Of a stretch of 64,000 nt of DNA, positions 20,258-30,588 are shown piece after piece. The stretch lies in IMG/VR virus record IMGVR_UViG_3300020191_000954. One strand, written 5' to 3'. The notes beneath the pieces were generated by a model. The model worked only from the letters and a program-made list of their open reading frames with translations. It was not told where the DNA came from and did no database searches. The stretch comes from an uncultured virus (IMG/VR IMGVR_UViG_3300020191_000954). Its lineage: Duplodnaviria > Heunggongvirae > Uroviricota > Caudoviricetes. Position numbers and translations under genes: made by a program. Within the stretch, counting starts at the first letter, position 1. Each line of letters begins with the position of its first letter.

Positions 20258-20692
20258 ATGGACGCATTTGATCAATTAGGAATGAGCTTAACAGATTTGT
20301 TAGCACCTTGGATAGCAATACTAATTAGTATTTCTGTTGCTTTCTGGTTTAAAGATTTTGCGGCTAATCTAATGTCAGGATTAAAGTTTAAAATGAATCC
20401 TGCGTTTAATGAGGGTGATGCTATTATATTAGATGACGATGATGCTATTATAGTTAAAATAGGATTGCGTGAAAGTGTGTTTGGTGTTTACGGTAAGCGT
20501 GGTTATACTTGGAGATATATTCCAAATGACCGTGTTAAGTTTCACAGGTTAGAAAAAGTTATTAATAAAAATCTACATTTAGATTCAGATATTGATAAAG
20601 GAAGACGTCTTCAAGAGATGATTGATAAAGCACAAACTGATGCAATTAAAGATAATAAAGAAAATATAGAGAAAATTAAAAATGGAAAATGA
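20258..20692 (+). CDS. MscS-like small membrane protein
   Basis: TM helix then NLMSG...FNEGDAI...KIGLR...IPN, resembling the MscS beta domain; ATG after GGAG. Confidence 0.55.
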   Translation: MDAFDQLGMSLTDLLAPWIAILISISVAFWFKDFAANLMSGLKFKMNPAFNEGDAIILDDDDAIIVKIGLRESVFGVYGKRGYTWRYIPNDRVKFHRLEKVINKNLHLDSDIDKGRRLQEMIDKAQTDAIKDNKENIEKIKNGK

Positions 20693-21023
20693 AACTAAAA
20701 AAGTAGAAACTGATACAAAGGTAGAAACTACAGATACAAAAAAAGTTAAACTAGAATTAGAAGTAGATACTAATGTAGTTGACAGTGGTAAGAATCCGTA
20801 TATGCATCTTATCTTTCTCGCAAGAGCTGTAGATGCTTGGAGAATTTTTCCAAGAATCTTTTTGTCAGTTTACATTTACTTATTATATGATGTTACAACA
20901 TGGTTCATGAATTTACCAAATCCAAACTTAGAGCAATCAGGATTAGTTAGTATTGTTGTAGGTGCAGGAGCGGCATGGTTTGGACTATATGCTGGTACAT
21001 CTAAAAAGAATCCAGACAAATAG
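20682..21023 (+). CDS. Two-TM membrane protein (holin candidate)
   Basis: Two hydrophobic helices and a charged C-terminus, near the lysis genes. Confidence 0.5.
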   Translation: MENETKKVETDTKVETTDTKKVKLELEVDTNVVDSGKNPYMHLIFLARAVDAWRIFPRIFLSVYIYLLYDVTTWFMNLPNPNLEQSGLVSIVVGAGAAWFGLYAGTSKKNPDK

Positions 21024-21026
21024 AAC

Positions 21027-21055
21027 TTGACAAAAGCCTAAGATAAGTATATAAT
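21027..21055 (+). promoter_or_regulatory. Consensus sigma70 promoter with an embedded late-like GATAAGTA; probably leaderless dnaJ mRNA
   Basis: TTGACA-17 nt-TATAAT, ATG 6 nt downstream. Confidence 0.8.
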
Positions 21056-21061
21056 ACTATT

Positions 21062-21910
21062 ATGGATTATTACGAACTTTTAGGTGTTCCAAGAAACGCC
21101 ACAGACTCAGAGCTGAAGAAAGCATACAAGAAACAAAGTATGCAACACCACCCTGATCGGAATGGTGGAAGTGATGAAAAGTTCAAACAAATTAACGAAG
21201 CATACTCTGCACTAAAAGATCCACAAAAAAGACAGATGTATGATCAGTATGGAACTGCTGATCCTCAACAAGCACAAGCACAACAGCAGAGTCATTTTTC
21301 AAATGCTTTTGGTGGTGCTAATTTTGAAGATATATTTGGACAAATGTTTGGAGCAAACCCAAATATGCGTAGACATATGAGGAACCAAGATATAACTATT
21401 GGTGCTGATATTGATTTAGAAGATATTGTTACCGGTAAAGAAGTTATTGCAACTTACAGATTGCCTAGTGGTAGAGAAGAAACAGTAGAAATTAAATTAC
21501 CACCAGGTGTACAAGCAGGTGATAGAATACGGTATGCAGGCATGGGCAGTGATGCACATAGCCAAGCACCAAGAGGTGATTTGCATGTTCTTATAAGAGT
21601 CAGAAAGCACCCCGAGTACACTCAAGATGGCATAAATTTATATATAGACAAGAAGTTAAATTTATTTGATTTCATTTTAGGCACAAACATAACCATCCAA
21701 ACAATACACGGACGTACATTAAGTGTTAATGTACCAGCAGGGTCAAACCCAGGAACAGTTTTTAGTGTTGGTGGACAGGGATTACCAAATAGACGACAAG
21801 GACAAACAGGCAACTTATATATTAAAGTAAATGGTGTTACACCAAAAATTAACGACGAACTATTAAGAGAAAAAATAAGAAAGATACAAGATGAAACTAA
21901 AACTACTTAG
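21062..21910 (+). CDS. DnaJ/CbpA-type co-chaperone lacking the zinc finger
   Basis: J domain with HPD, G/F region, C-terminal GDL..GNLY domains. Confidence 0.9.
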   Translation: MDYYELLGVPRNATDSELKKAYKKQSMQHHPDRNGGSDEKFKQINEAYSALKDPQKRQMYDQYGTADPQQAQAQQQSHFSNAFGGANFEDIFGQMFGANPNMRRHMRNQDITIGADIDLEDIVTGKEVIATYRLPSGREETVEIKLPPGVQAGDRIRYAGMGSDAHSQAPRGDLHVLIRVRKHPEYTQDGINLYIDKKLNLFDFILGTNITIQTIHGRTLSVNVPAGSNPGTVFSVGGQGLPNRRQGQTGNLYIKVNGVTPKINDELLREKIRKIQDETKTT

Positions 21911-22418
21911 ATTCCCCGACCCGTTCTTAGATAAAAAAGTAGCGCCGTTTGACTTTGACAAGTACGATGCTAAACAAATTGAATCAGAAATGATTGAAAT
22001 TATGGAAAAAGAAAACGGTGTAGGACTTAGTGCTAATCAAGTTGGGCTTGATGCACAAATCTTTATTATTAAACCTGAAGGATTAGAAGGTTATGAAGAT
22101 AATAAACCTTTTGCAATTATTAATCCTAAAATTACAGCCGTAAGTCAGGAGACTGTGTTAGGCGAAGAAGGTTGTTTAAGTTTTCCATTACTATTTTTTA
22201 AGGTTAAAAGACCAACAGGAATGGTAATAGAGTGTCTTGACTCTAGTCGTAAAGAGTGTACAATAGAACTAGTAGGATGGAATGCAAGAATTGCAGGACA
22301 TGAATACGATCACTTATACGGAATCAATTACATTGACCGTGTAAGTAAATTAAAACTCGACATTGCTAAGAAAAAGCAATCAAAATTATTAAAAAGATTT
22401 GGAGCGTACATAACATAA
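21891..22418 (+). CDS. def: Peptide deformylase
   Basis: GVGLSANQVG, EGCLS and HEYDH motifs. Confidence 0.95.
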   Translation: MKLKLLRFPDPFLDKKVAPFDFDKYDAKQIESEMIEIMEKENGVGLSANQVGLDAQIFIIKPEGLEGYEDNKPFAIINPKITAVSQETVLGEEGCLSFPLLFFKVKRPTGMVIECLDSSRKECTIELVGWNARIAGHEYDHLYGINYIDRVSKLKLDIAKKKQSKLLKRFGAYIT

Positions 22419-24685
22419 TGGTTGAACCTAGCGAAAATTTACAGAAAATATTTGACAAAGCACTTGATGTAACTAAAAAGTTAAATCACGAGTATCTTAC
22501 ATTAGAGCATTTGTTGTTTGCAATGTTATGTGAAGAAGACTTTTCTAATATTCTATCTGGGTATAATGATACTGACCCTGATTTTATAAAAAAGAATGTA
22601 GAGAACTATCTTAAAACTAAATGTAACGACTTACTAATGCCTGAAGGAGAAGAACTCCCTAAAAAATGGAAGCCTAAGAAAACACAGGCTGTAGAACGTG
22701 TACTAAACAGAGCATTTACACAAGTGTTGTTTAGTGGTCGCAACTCTATTGAAGTTAGCGATGTATTCCTAAGTATGTTTAACGAAAAGAAAAGTTGGGC
22801 ATTGTACTTTATTAACGAAGTAGGCATTGAAAAAGAAAAGTTTGCCGACTATCTAAACAATGAACTTGAAGCTAACTTTGAAGATGAGGAAATGGCCGGG
22901 ATGGCCAATCGTGCATTACGTTCGTTTACAACTAATCTTAATACTGATGCTGAAACAGGAAAAATTGATCCTGTTATTGGACGTTCAGAAGAACTCGAAA
23001 GCATTGCACTAGCACTTGGCCGTAGACAGAAGAACAATGTATTGCTAGTTGGTGAGCCTGGTGTAGGTAAAACTGCTATTGCAGAAGGACTTGCATATAA
23101 TATTGTTAATAACAATGTTCCAGAGTTTCTTAAAGAATATGCAGTATACAACTTAGACATTGGTAGTATGTTAGCAGGTAGTAAATACCGAGGAGACTTT
23201 GAAGAAAGATTTAAATTAGTTATTGCTGGCCTTAAGAAGAAAGGCAAAACTATTATGTTTATTGACGAAGCCCATATGATTAGTGGAGCAGGTGCTGGCG
23301 GTAGTGGTCAATCAAATGACTTAGCTAATATGCTAAAGCCTATTCTTACTAAAGGAAATATTAAAGTTGTAGCATCAACTACATGGGAAGAATATAGAAA
23401 GTTCTTTGAAAAAGATCGTGCATTGATGCGTAGATTTGCTCGTGTAAGTGTTGACGAGCCTACTAATGAAATTACTAAAGATATTTTATTAGGTATTAAA
23501 AAATATTACGAAGACTTTCACAAAGTATCTATTACAGAAGAAGCTATTGATACTGCAATTAAACTTAGTGTGAAATATCAAACAGATAAAAAATTACCTG
23601 ACAAAGCTATTGACTTATTAGATGTAGCATGTTCAAGATTTAATATTACAAGTGAACCAAACAAGACAGTTGGTATGAAAGAAGTACAGTTTGAACTTGC
23701 TAAGATGATTAACATGCCTAAAGAACAAATTATGGAAACTGAAACTAGTAACCTTGCTAATTTAAACCATAATATGAAAGCCGCAATTTACGGACAAGAC
23801 AGTTCAATTGACAGCATTGTTGATAAGATTCATGTAGCACAAGCAGGACTTAAAGCAGAAAACAAACCAATTGGATCGTTTGTGTTTATGGGGCCAACTG
23901 GTGTAGGTAAAACTGAAACAGCGAAACAACTTGCAAAACAATTAGGTGTAAAACTAATTAGATTTGATATGTCAGAGTATCAAGAGAAACATAGTGTTGC
24001 TAAACTAATTGGTTCGCCTCCAGGATATGTAGGCTTTGAAGAAAATAGTGGCTTACTAATTACTAAAGTACAAGAGAATCCAAACTGTGTATTACTACTT
24101 GATGAAATTGAGAAGTCACACCCAGATGTAAGTTCATTATTATTACAAATTATGGACAACGGATTTGTTACAGGTAGTAACGGTAAGACTGCTGACTGTA
24201 GAAACCTTGTATTAATCCTTACAACAAACTTAGGTTCAGCTGAAGCTGATACTAATGCAGTAGGATTTGGCGATATGGAGAAAGACCACGACGATGGCGA
24301 ACTTAAAAAGTTCTTTGCTCCAGAATTCCGTAACAGACTTGACGGTGTTATGACATTTGGTAGATTAGAAAAGAATACAATGATTAAAATTGTTGGTAAG
24401 TTCTTAGTTGATCTTAAGACAATGCTTACTGAAAAGAATGTTGTAACTACTATTTCAGACGAAGCAATTGATTACTTAGTAGACAAAGGATTTGATCCTA
24501 AGATGGGTGCAAGACCGTTGCAACGTGTAATTGATAATGATATTAAAACTCCGTTGTCTAAAGTATTACTGTTTGGTGACCTAAAGAACGGTGGTAAACT
24601 ACATATCGACATTAAAGACGGAGCGTTTGACTTACAGACTACTGTAAATACAGTCAAGGAGCCCGAAACAGTTGATAAAAGTTGA
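22418..24685 (+). CDS. clpA: ATP-dependent Clp protease ATPase subunit, ClpA-like
   Basis: Clp N domain, two AAA modules (GEPGVGKT, GPTGVGKT), VGF loop, GARPL; no ClpB middle domain. Confidence 0.9.
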   Translation: MVEPSENLQKIFDKALDVTKKLNHEYLTLEHLLFAMLCEEDFSNILSGYNDTDPDFIKKNVENYLKTKCNDLLMPEGEELPKKWKPKKTQAVERVLNRAFTQVLFSGRNSIEVSDVFLSMFNEKKSWALYFINEVGIEKEKFADYLNNELEANFEDEEMAGMANRALRSFTTNLNTDAETGKIDPVIGRSEELESIALALGRRQKNNVLLVGEPGVGKTAIAEGLAYNIVNNNVPEFLKEYAVYNLDIGSMLAGSKYRGDFEERFKLVIAGLKKKGKTIMFIDEAHMISGAGAGGSGQSNDLANMLKPILTKGNIKVVASTTWEEYRKFFEKDRALMRRFARVSVDEPTNEITKDILLGIKKYYEDFHKVSITEEAIDTAIKLSVKYQTDKKLPDKAIDLLDVACSRFNITSEPNKTVGMKEVQFELAKMINMPKEQIMETETSNLANLNHNMKAAIYGQDSSIDSIVDKIHVAQAGLKAENKPIGSFVFMGPTGVGKTETAKQLAKQLGVKLIRFDMSEYQEKHSVAKLIGSPPGYVGFEENSGLLITKVQENPNCVLLLDEIEKSHPDVSSLLLQIMDNGFVTGSNGKTADCRNLVLILTTNLGSAEADTNAVGFGDMEKDHDDGELKKFFAPEFRNRLDGVMTFGRLEKNTMIKIVGKFLVDLKTMLTEKNVVTTISDEAIDYLVDKGFDPKMGARPLQRVIDNDIKTPLSKVLLFGDLKNGGKLHIDIKDGAFDLQTTVNTVKEPETVDKS

Positions 24686-25328
24686 TTCTCATAAACTATT
24701 CTACGATCAATACAAGTATAAGGTAGACTTTCATAATGCATTAGGCTTTGTTTTTAGAAATAAAAACTTTTCTCATGCAAGAAAGTCTATCGATACTGCT
24801 ATTCAACAATACGAAGCTGAAGGTTTTGTTAAATGGGGGTCTGGATTTAGAACAGTAAATGTTACTTCTGAAGAACTATCCGATCTACAGATATTACTTT
24901 CGTTATTCATAAAACAAAAAGAAAATTTTAAAATTCGTTGTGAAAGTTATCACTTAGGAATATACACTAATAACTATGAATGGGTTAAAACTATAACTAG
25001 TAAACTAAACGCAGTTTGCGTAGTACACATGCCCAAAGATAATGCAATCTTAACCCCTAATATTATTATTAATGATACTATAGACTTTGGTTATAAAATT
25101 ACACTTAACGGAACTGCTGATCCGAACCTTGCGAACTTCTGCATCAAACATAAAAGTAAAATTAAGATAGGTAATAGAGTATTAAGTAACATACAACGCG
25201 GATATAATCTCAAAGGTATGTACATGTATGTTAAAGATTTTGCCACTATAACCTTAATTAGATTGTTCTTAAAGAAGGATTTGATGAGAATTGATAAAAT
25301 TATAAGTAGTAAAGATCTAGATAAATAA
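24672..25328 (+). CDS. Hypothetical protein
   Basis: ORF fills the gap; TTG start uncertain. Confidence 0.6.
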   Translation: MIKVDSHKLFYDQYKYKVDFHNALGFVFRNKNFSHARKSIDTAIQQYEAEGFVKWGSGFRTVNVTSEELSDLQILLSLFIKQKENFKIRCESYHLGIYTNNYEWVKTITSKLNAVCVVHMPKDNAILTPNIIINDTIDFGYKITLNGTADPNLANFCIKHKSKIKIGNRVLSNIQRGYNLKGMYMYVKDFATITLIRLFLKKDLMRIDKIISSKDLDK

Positions 25329-25332
25329 CTAT

Positions 25333-25671
25333 ATGTCCAACAGTACAACAATATTAACACAAAACACACACCTAGGAGATAGTACAACACAGACTATTAC
25401 AGGTGAGAAGTTTAAAGGAGACGGCTATTACGGTCGTGCAGATGGGTTCCATACTGTGCAATACAACCTTAGTGGCTTTAACGGAACTATTAAAATGCAA
25501 GGAACTCTAGCAGTAACTCCTACAGCTGATGATTGGTTTGATATAACTAATACAAGCGAAACAGGTAGTGACGGTAATTACTTTAAAAACTTTACAGGCA
25601 ATTTTGTTTGGGTAAGAGTGTTAGCAGTACATACAGCAGGTACAGTAAATAGTGTGCTATTAAACCACTAG
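25333..25671 (+). CDS. Putative structural protein (beta-rich)
   Basis: GATAAATA at 25320-25327 lies 5 nt before the ATG. Confidence 0.6.
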   Translation: MSNSTTILTQNTHLGDSTTQTITGEKFKGDGYYGRADGFHTVQYNLSGFNGTIKMQGTLAVTPTADDWFDITNTSETGSDGNYFKNFTGNFVWVRVLAVHTAGTVNSVLLNH

Positions 25672-25679
25672 GAGATAAG

Positions 25680-26270
25680 ATGGAACATTTTGTAAGAATA
25701 GTAATGGAAAAACAGGAAACAACTAAGTTGTTAGACGAAAGTATCTTTCCTGATCAAAATCTTTACGAAACTGAGCAAGGTGGTACAGCATGGGAAATTG
25801 CTTTACCAAAACAACTTTCAGAAGACGAATCAAACGAGTATGCTAACAGACTAGCAAACTACATGTTCGAACAAGGTTACGATGACTTTGATATTGAAAT
25901 TAGTGCAGGGCTTGGCGAAGATATTATTGAAGAAACTTATGACGATGATGATGAGTTTTATGAACAGTACGGTGTTATGTGGTATAACGAAGATGATATT
26001 GTAGACGAAGCAGAATATCAAGGACGTAAAGTAAAACTTGGTAAACCTATGCAAGGTGATGTTAAGAAGTTTAAGGTATATGTAAAAGATCCTAAAACAG
26101 GAAATGTTAAAAAAGTAAACTTTGGACACGGTGGATCAAGTGTCAAAGGTAAGGCAATGAGTATTAAAAAGTCTAATCCAGCACGTAGAAGAAGTTTCCG
26201 TGCTAGACACAACTGTGATAATCCAGGACCACGTACTAAGGCACGTTACTGGTCATGTAGGAAGTGGTAA
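25680..26270 (+). CDS. Acidic N-terminal region plus basic C-terminal module (putative head-internal protein)
   Basis: VDE|AEYQGRKVKL...ARHNC...YWSCRKW module, recognised as typical of marine T4-like phages. Confidence 0.6.
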   Translation: MEHFVRIVMEKQETTKLLDESIFPDQNLYETEQGGTAWEIALPKQLSEDESNEYANRLANYMFEQGYDDFDIEISAGLGEDIIEETYDDDDEFYEQYGVMWYNEDDIVDEAEYQGRKVKLGKPMQGDVKKFKVYVKDPKTGNVKKVNFGHGGSSVKGKAMSIKKSNPARRRSFRARHNCDNPGPRTKARYWSCRKW

Positions 26271-26271
26271 T

Positions 26272-26610
26272 ATGAAAATAACTGAGTTTGCAGATTTAGA
26301 CCCAACAAAAGAAAATGAGTTAGGATTTGATGTCATTGGCGACTTACAAGTGTTTATGAAGAACGACCCAATGTTCTATCGCAAACAGTATTATCCAACA
26401 ATGGCAAAACTACAAGATAAATTAAAAGGCGGCAAAAGTCCAGTACCTCAAGATTTATCACCTATGATTGATAGATGCTGTGAACAGTATTGTAATAAAT
26501 TTAACATTTCAAAAGATCCTACAAAACTTTTAACTAAAGAAGAATATAAATCTTTAGCAGAAGTAATTTGTAGTGAAGAAATGGAAGCACTTAGAGACGG
26601 AGAGTACTAA
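26272..26610 (+). CDS. Hypothetical protein (MKITEF leader)
   Basis: Start moved to ATG 26272, just after the upstream stop. Confidence 0.6.
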   Translation: MKITEFADLDPTKENELGFDVIGDLQVFMKNDPMFYRKQYYPTMAKLQDKLKGGKSPVPQDLSPMIDRCCEQYCNKFNISKDPTKLLTKEEYKSLAEVICSEEMEALRDGEY

Positions 26611-28550
26611 TGCTTTTACGTGAGCTTTTTGAAGCACCTAAGACTGCGGTGTTTGCATTTGGAAGAATGAATCCTCCAACTATTGGACATGCTAAATTAG
26701 CTGACGTAGTAAAATCACAAAAGGGCGATCCTTTTTTATTTTTAAGTCAAACACAAAAACCTAAAACAGATCCACTACCATTCCCAGAAAAGATGTACTT
26801 TGCATCTAAAAGTTTTCCAGGTATTGAAATAGGTGATCCTAAAGTAAAAACTATTATCCAAGCTATGCAAAGTCTAGAAGCTAAAGGCTATACAGATATT
26901 ATATATGTAGCAGGTTCAGACAGAGTTGATTCATTTACTAAATTATTAAATGACTACAACGGTAAAGACTATAACTTTAACAGTATTAACATTGTAAGTG
27001 CAGGCGAACGTGATCCTGATGCAGATGGTGCTGAAGGCATGAGTGCAAGTAAAATGAGAGCCGCGGCACAAGAAGGTGACTTTGATAGTTTCAAACAAGG
27101 TGTTGCTAATGCACAGATGGCACAGCAAATGTATGACCAAGTTAGAAAAGGCATGGGCATTGTTGATGAAAGTTTAGATGAATATAGTGTAAAGCAACAA
27201 CGACCAAAGATTGAAGTATTATATAACATTGCTGATAGAAAAGACAGTATGCCTTTTCCATTAAGTTATAAAGATACAGGTGGTGCAAGTAGCGGTGGTG
27301 AAGTATTAATTACTCCACAAGAAGCACAGAAATTTATTAAGTTTTACGATAGTAGAGCTGAAGATGAAAAAGAACTAATGCAAAAAGCACTAAAAAGTGT
27401 TAACGGTGTTAAGAACTTATTCAATAACTTAAACATTAATGTAAGTATTAAAGTTCCAAAAAATAAAGAAATTTCAACACAAGACCCATATGATAGACTT
27501 AAAGCTAACTTAACTAAAGAAGTTGATGTTAACGAACGTCCTTCCGACTCTGTTCCATCAGCGTCTAACTCAAAAATTGAGCAAGGCAAGGCAAAATTTG
27601 CAACATTTCAAAGTGGGTTAAATGCTAGTGAAAAGAAAAAGAAAAAGCCTCTTAAAAAAGGACACCACGAAGGTAAAATGTTTCCTAATCCTAAAAATTC
27701 TTTCTTAACTAAGTCAGACACAGCATACGACTTTTTAAAATTAGGTACTAATTTAGCTAATCTAAAGTCAATGCCAGCAGGATCTAATGTAGATGAACCA
27801 GACATTATGATTGCTCCTTATGCAGGTGCTAAAGAAATGAAGTACCTTATGAAGCAACTTAATCGTATTGGTTATCAAACACAAGATGCTCAAGGTTATC
27901 AAGATGCACATTTTGATGACAAACCCACAGGCGGTAAAGCACCTCCGCAGTTAAAGAAACTTGGGTCGCCAGGTAAAATTAAACTAGACAAACTTAAAAC
28001 TGTACAAAGCGAACGCCATTGGCATAAACTAGGTAAGCAACTAGTAAACGTATTAAACGACGATTATGCACCTTTACAAATTGATCGCAAAGGACGTATT
28101 GTAAACGGACATCACAGATATGATGCACTACGTTTAACAGGTGCAGAGTATGCTCGTGTGCATATGGCAGATGAAGTATTAGAAAACATGCTAGACGAAA
28201 ACTTTGCTGACGGTAAGAAAAAAGAAACTATAGAAGAAACTATTCGTAAGCAAGGTGACAAGTATGTTATCTACAGTAAAGACGGTAAAAAGAAACTTGG
28301 CACATACGATAGTCGTAAAGCGGCTGAAAAGCGTCTAGGACAAATAGAATACTTTAAACATAACGAAAATGTAGAAGAAAACTTTGCTGACGGTAAAAAA
28401 AAAGGTAAAAGCAGACCAGGGCGTGTAAAAAAGTCAGGTGCTAGTTGCAATGGTAGTGTTACAGCACTACGCAAACGTGCTAAAAATGCAAGTGGCGAAA
28501 AGGCTAAAATGTATCACTGGTGTGCTAACATGAAGAGTGGAAAGAAGTAA
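26610..28550 (+). CDS. Modular protein: HxGH-like nucleotidyltransferase, ParB/Srx-like domain and small basic modules
   Basis: FGRMNPPTIGH, AGSDR and MSASKMR (NTase); IVNGHHRYDAL (ParB/Srx). Confidence 0.7.
   Translation: MLLRELFEAPKTAVFAFGRMNPPTIGHAKLADVVKSQKGDPFLFLSQTQKPKTDPLPFPEKMYFASKSFPGIEIGDPKVKTIIQAMQSLEAKGYTDIIYVAGSDRVDSFTKLLNDYNGKDYNFNSINIVSAGERDPDADGAEGMSASKMRAAAQEGDFDSFKQGVANAQMAQQMYDQVRKGMGIVDESLDEYSVKQQRPKIEVLYNIADRKDSMPFPLSYKDTGGASSGGEVLITPQEAQKFIKFYDSRAEDEKELMQKALKSVNGVKNLFNNLNINVSIKVPKNKEISTQDPYDRLKANLTKEVDVNERPSDSVPSASNSKIEQGKAKFATFQSGLNASEKKKKKPLKKGHHEGKMFPNPKNSFLTKSDTAYDFLKLGTNLANLKSMPAGSNVDEPDIMIAPYAGAKEMKYLMKQLNRIGYQTQDAQGYQDAHFDDKPTGGKAPPQLKKLGSPGKIKLDKLKTVQSERHWHKLGKQLVNVLNDDYAPLQIDRKGRIVNGHHRYDALRLTGAEYARVHMADEVLENMLDENFADGKKKETIEETIRKQGDKYVIYSKDGKKKLGTYDSRKAAEKRLGQIEYFKHNENVEENFADGKKKGKSRPGRVKKSGASCNGSVTALRKRAKNASGEKAKMYHWCANMKSGKK
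28197..28404 (+). repeat. 28-bp direct repeat (28197-28224 and 28377-28404), one mismatch
   Basis: GAAAACTTTGCTGACGGTAA(G/A)AAAAAAG, encoding ENFADGKKK twice. Confidence 0.9.
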
Positions 28551-28777
28551 TGGATATTAAAACTTTACAACGACTAGCAGGGATTAATGAATTCTCAGGT
28601 TATTCGGAGTATAAGATTGACGAAAATCCTAGTATTACTGCAACAGCTCTAAAGAAAAAAGAAAAAGCAATGGGTGTAAAACCAGGTGATCAAGATTGGT
28701 TTAAACTTTGGTTTAGTAGACCTTATATGACTAACCAAAATATGCCACAAGGGTTTAGAGGACGTAAAAAGAAATGA
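28550..28777 (+). CDS. Small basic protein (LQRLAGINE leader)
   Basis: TAATG-coupled ORF. Confidence 0.65.
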   Translation: MDIKTLQRLAGINEFSGYSEYKIDENPSITATALKKKEKAMGVKPGDQDWFKLWFSRPYMTNQNMPQGFRGRKKK

Positions 28778-29664
28778 GATGGCATGAGATATCAGAAGGC
28801 GTAGGACGCATTGTAAAAGGTGTTAACACAACTCCTGATGTTGGCGTGGATCAAACTAGTATTGAAGCAAAGAAATTTGGTAATTCGGTTGACAAAGATG
28901 GAAAGCCGTTGTATACTATGCATAAGAAAGCACATAAAAATACAAAACCAAATACTTTATTTAATATGGGGATGACTGAGTCGCAAATAAAAGAATTAAA
29001 ATCAAAAGAACTATCAGCAGTTAGTGAAATATACGTAGACATGGACGGAGTATTAGCTGATTTCTTTCCAGCTTGGAAGAAGATAGTAGGTAAAGATTGG
29101 CGACAAATTACAGACATTGAAAGTGCATTACAAACAATTAGAGACAAAGATGATTTTTGGTTATCATTACCATTAACAAAAAATGCTCAAAACTTATTAA
29201 ACATTATTAAAGAGCTAAAAGGAGAGTACAACATATTAAGTGCTCCGTTAGCTAACGACCCTAAAGCAGAACCACACAAGCGTGAATGGATTAAAAAGAA
29301 CTTAGCGTTTTTTCCACCTAAAGAAGTTATTATATCCGCAGACAAATACAAGTGGGCTAAACAACCTGATGGTACACCTAACATACTAATTGACGACTTT
29401 GGATCTAATATTAGAAACTGGGAAGCTAAAGGTGGAGTTGGATTTAAGCACAAAGATCACAAGTTCGAGCGTACTGCTGGACTATTAAAGGATTACTTTA
29501 ATAAACCTGTAGAAGAACGTGAACTAGATAAAGACGAAGAAGCAGAAAAAGAACGCATAGTAAAGGGTATGAAAAAGAATAAAAGTGACTTTAAAAAGCG
29601 TTATGGCAAAGATGCTGAAGCAGTTATGTATGCAACAGCAACTAAGATGGCTAAATCAGGATAA
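28774..29664 (+). CDS. HAD-family 5'(3')-nucleotidase-like domain flanked by small modules
   Basis: IYVDMDGVLADF, ILSAP and ILIDD motifs. Confidence 0.75.
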   Translation: MRWHEISEGVGRIVKGVNTTPDVGVDQTSIEAKKFGNSVDKDGKPLYTMHKKAHKNTKPNTLFNMGMTESQIKELKSKELSAVSEIYVDMDGVLADFFPAWKKIVGKDWRQITDIESALQTIRDKDDFWLSLPLTKNAQNLLNIIKELKGEYNILSAPLANDPKAEPHKREWIKKNLAFFPPKEVIISADKYKWAKQPDGTPNILIDDFGSNIRNWEAKGGVGFKHKDHKFERTAGLLKDYFNKPVEERELDKDEEAEKERIVKGMKKNKSDFKKRYGKDAEAVMYATATKMAKSG

Positions 29665-29672
29665 ATAATACT

Positions 29673-29903
29673 ATGTTAATACGTGAACTATTTCAAAAAG
29701 ACCTAGAAGAAACTGCAACAGCAGGCGGTACTAGTGCAGGTGCTATAGCAACTGTGGCAAATCCAGTACATGCACATGGTCAAATACCACGTGATAAGAA
29801 CGGTGTACCTAAAAAGAAGTCTAAGAAAAAAGCAGACGGCACAGTGGTTAATGCACTAGATGCGTCAGACAGTTTCTTTGGTGGCAAAGTAGCTAAACGA
29901 TAA
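29673..29903 (+). CDS. Small basic protein (MLIRELF...LEE leader)
   Basis: GATAAATA at 29660-29667 lies 5 nt before the ATG. Confidence 0.65.
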   Translation: MLIRELFQKDLEETATAGGTSAGAIATVANPVHAHGQIPRDKNGVPKKKSKKKADGTVVNALDASDSFFGGKVAKR

Positions 29904-29922
29904 ATACTATTAGAGAGATAAA

Positions 29923-30585
29923 GTGATGGATATGAATAAAAAACAACTAAAAGAAGGTTTAGCAGACATGGCTTACAAAGCTGAGTCAGACCATGAAGTA
30001 CAAATGGCTAGAGCTGAACTATACAAAATTGCAAAATACAGTATCAAACTACACGAAATGCTTAAAGGTGTTGACGAGTCAGCAGGCTTAGAAGGTTGGG
30101 TACAAGCTAAAATTACTAAATCAGCAGATTATTTAGGTAGTGTTTACCATCACTTAGACTACCAAATGAAGTTTGACGAAGTAGCAGAATCTACAGCTAA
30201 CGAAGCTAAAGAAAAAATGTGTCCAGAAGCATGTTGCGGAAAGCCTGTAACAGAATGTAAATGCGGACCTGATTGCGAACATTGCGATTGCTACAAAGAA
30301 AATCAAAAGAATGAAGGCAAGTACAAGAACGATGCACAGCGTAAAGCAGTACACGCTTCTAAAGCAGACAAAAAGAAAAACGAATCATACAAAAACACAT
30401 TAGCTAATATGCTAAACGAAAAAGTAGCAAATAGTAAATGTAAAGATTGTGGCAAGCCTAGTTACACTACACTTGACGAAGAAAAACAAAAAGGCGTTGA
30501 CGGCAAAGTATGCTGGAAAGGCTACAAGCGTATGGGTACTAAGAAAAAAGGCGGCAAGACCGTTGATAATTGCGTAAAGGCTTAG
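29923..30585 (+). CDS. Modular protein with Cys-rich segments
   Basis: DHEVQMARAEL...LEGWVQAKIT module, CPEACCGKPVTECKCGPDCEHCDC, CWKGYKRMG...NCVK. Confidence 0.65.
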   Translation: MMDMNKKQLKEGLADMAYKAESDHEVQMARAELYKIAKYSIKLHEMLKGVDESAGLEGWVQAKITKSADYLGSVYHHLDYQMKFDEVAESTANEAKEKMCPEACCGKPVTECKCGPDCEHCDCYKENQKNEGKYKNDAQRKAVHASKADKKKNESYKNTLANMLNEKVANSKCKDCGKPSYTTLDEEKQKGVDGKVCWKGYKRMGTKKKGGKTVDNCVKA

Positions 30586-30588
30586 TCA

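Noticed and set aside
20696..20750. Short tandem repeat encoding KVETDT/KVETTDT
   Set aside because: Low-complexity coding duplication with no further signal
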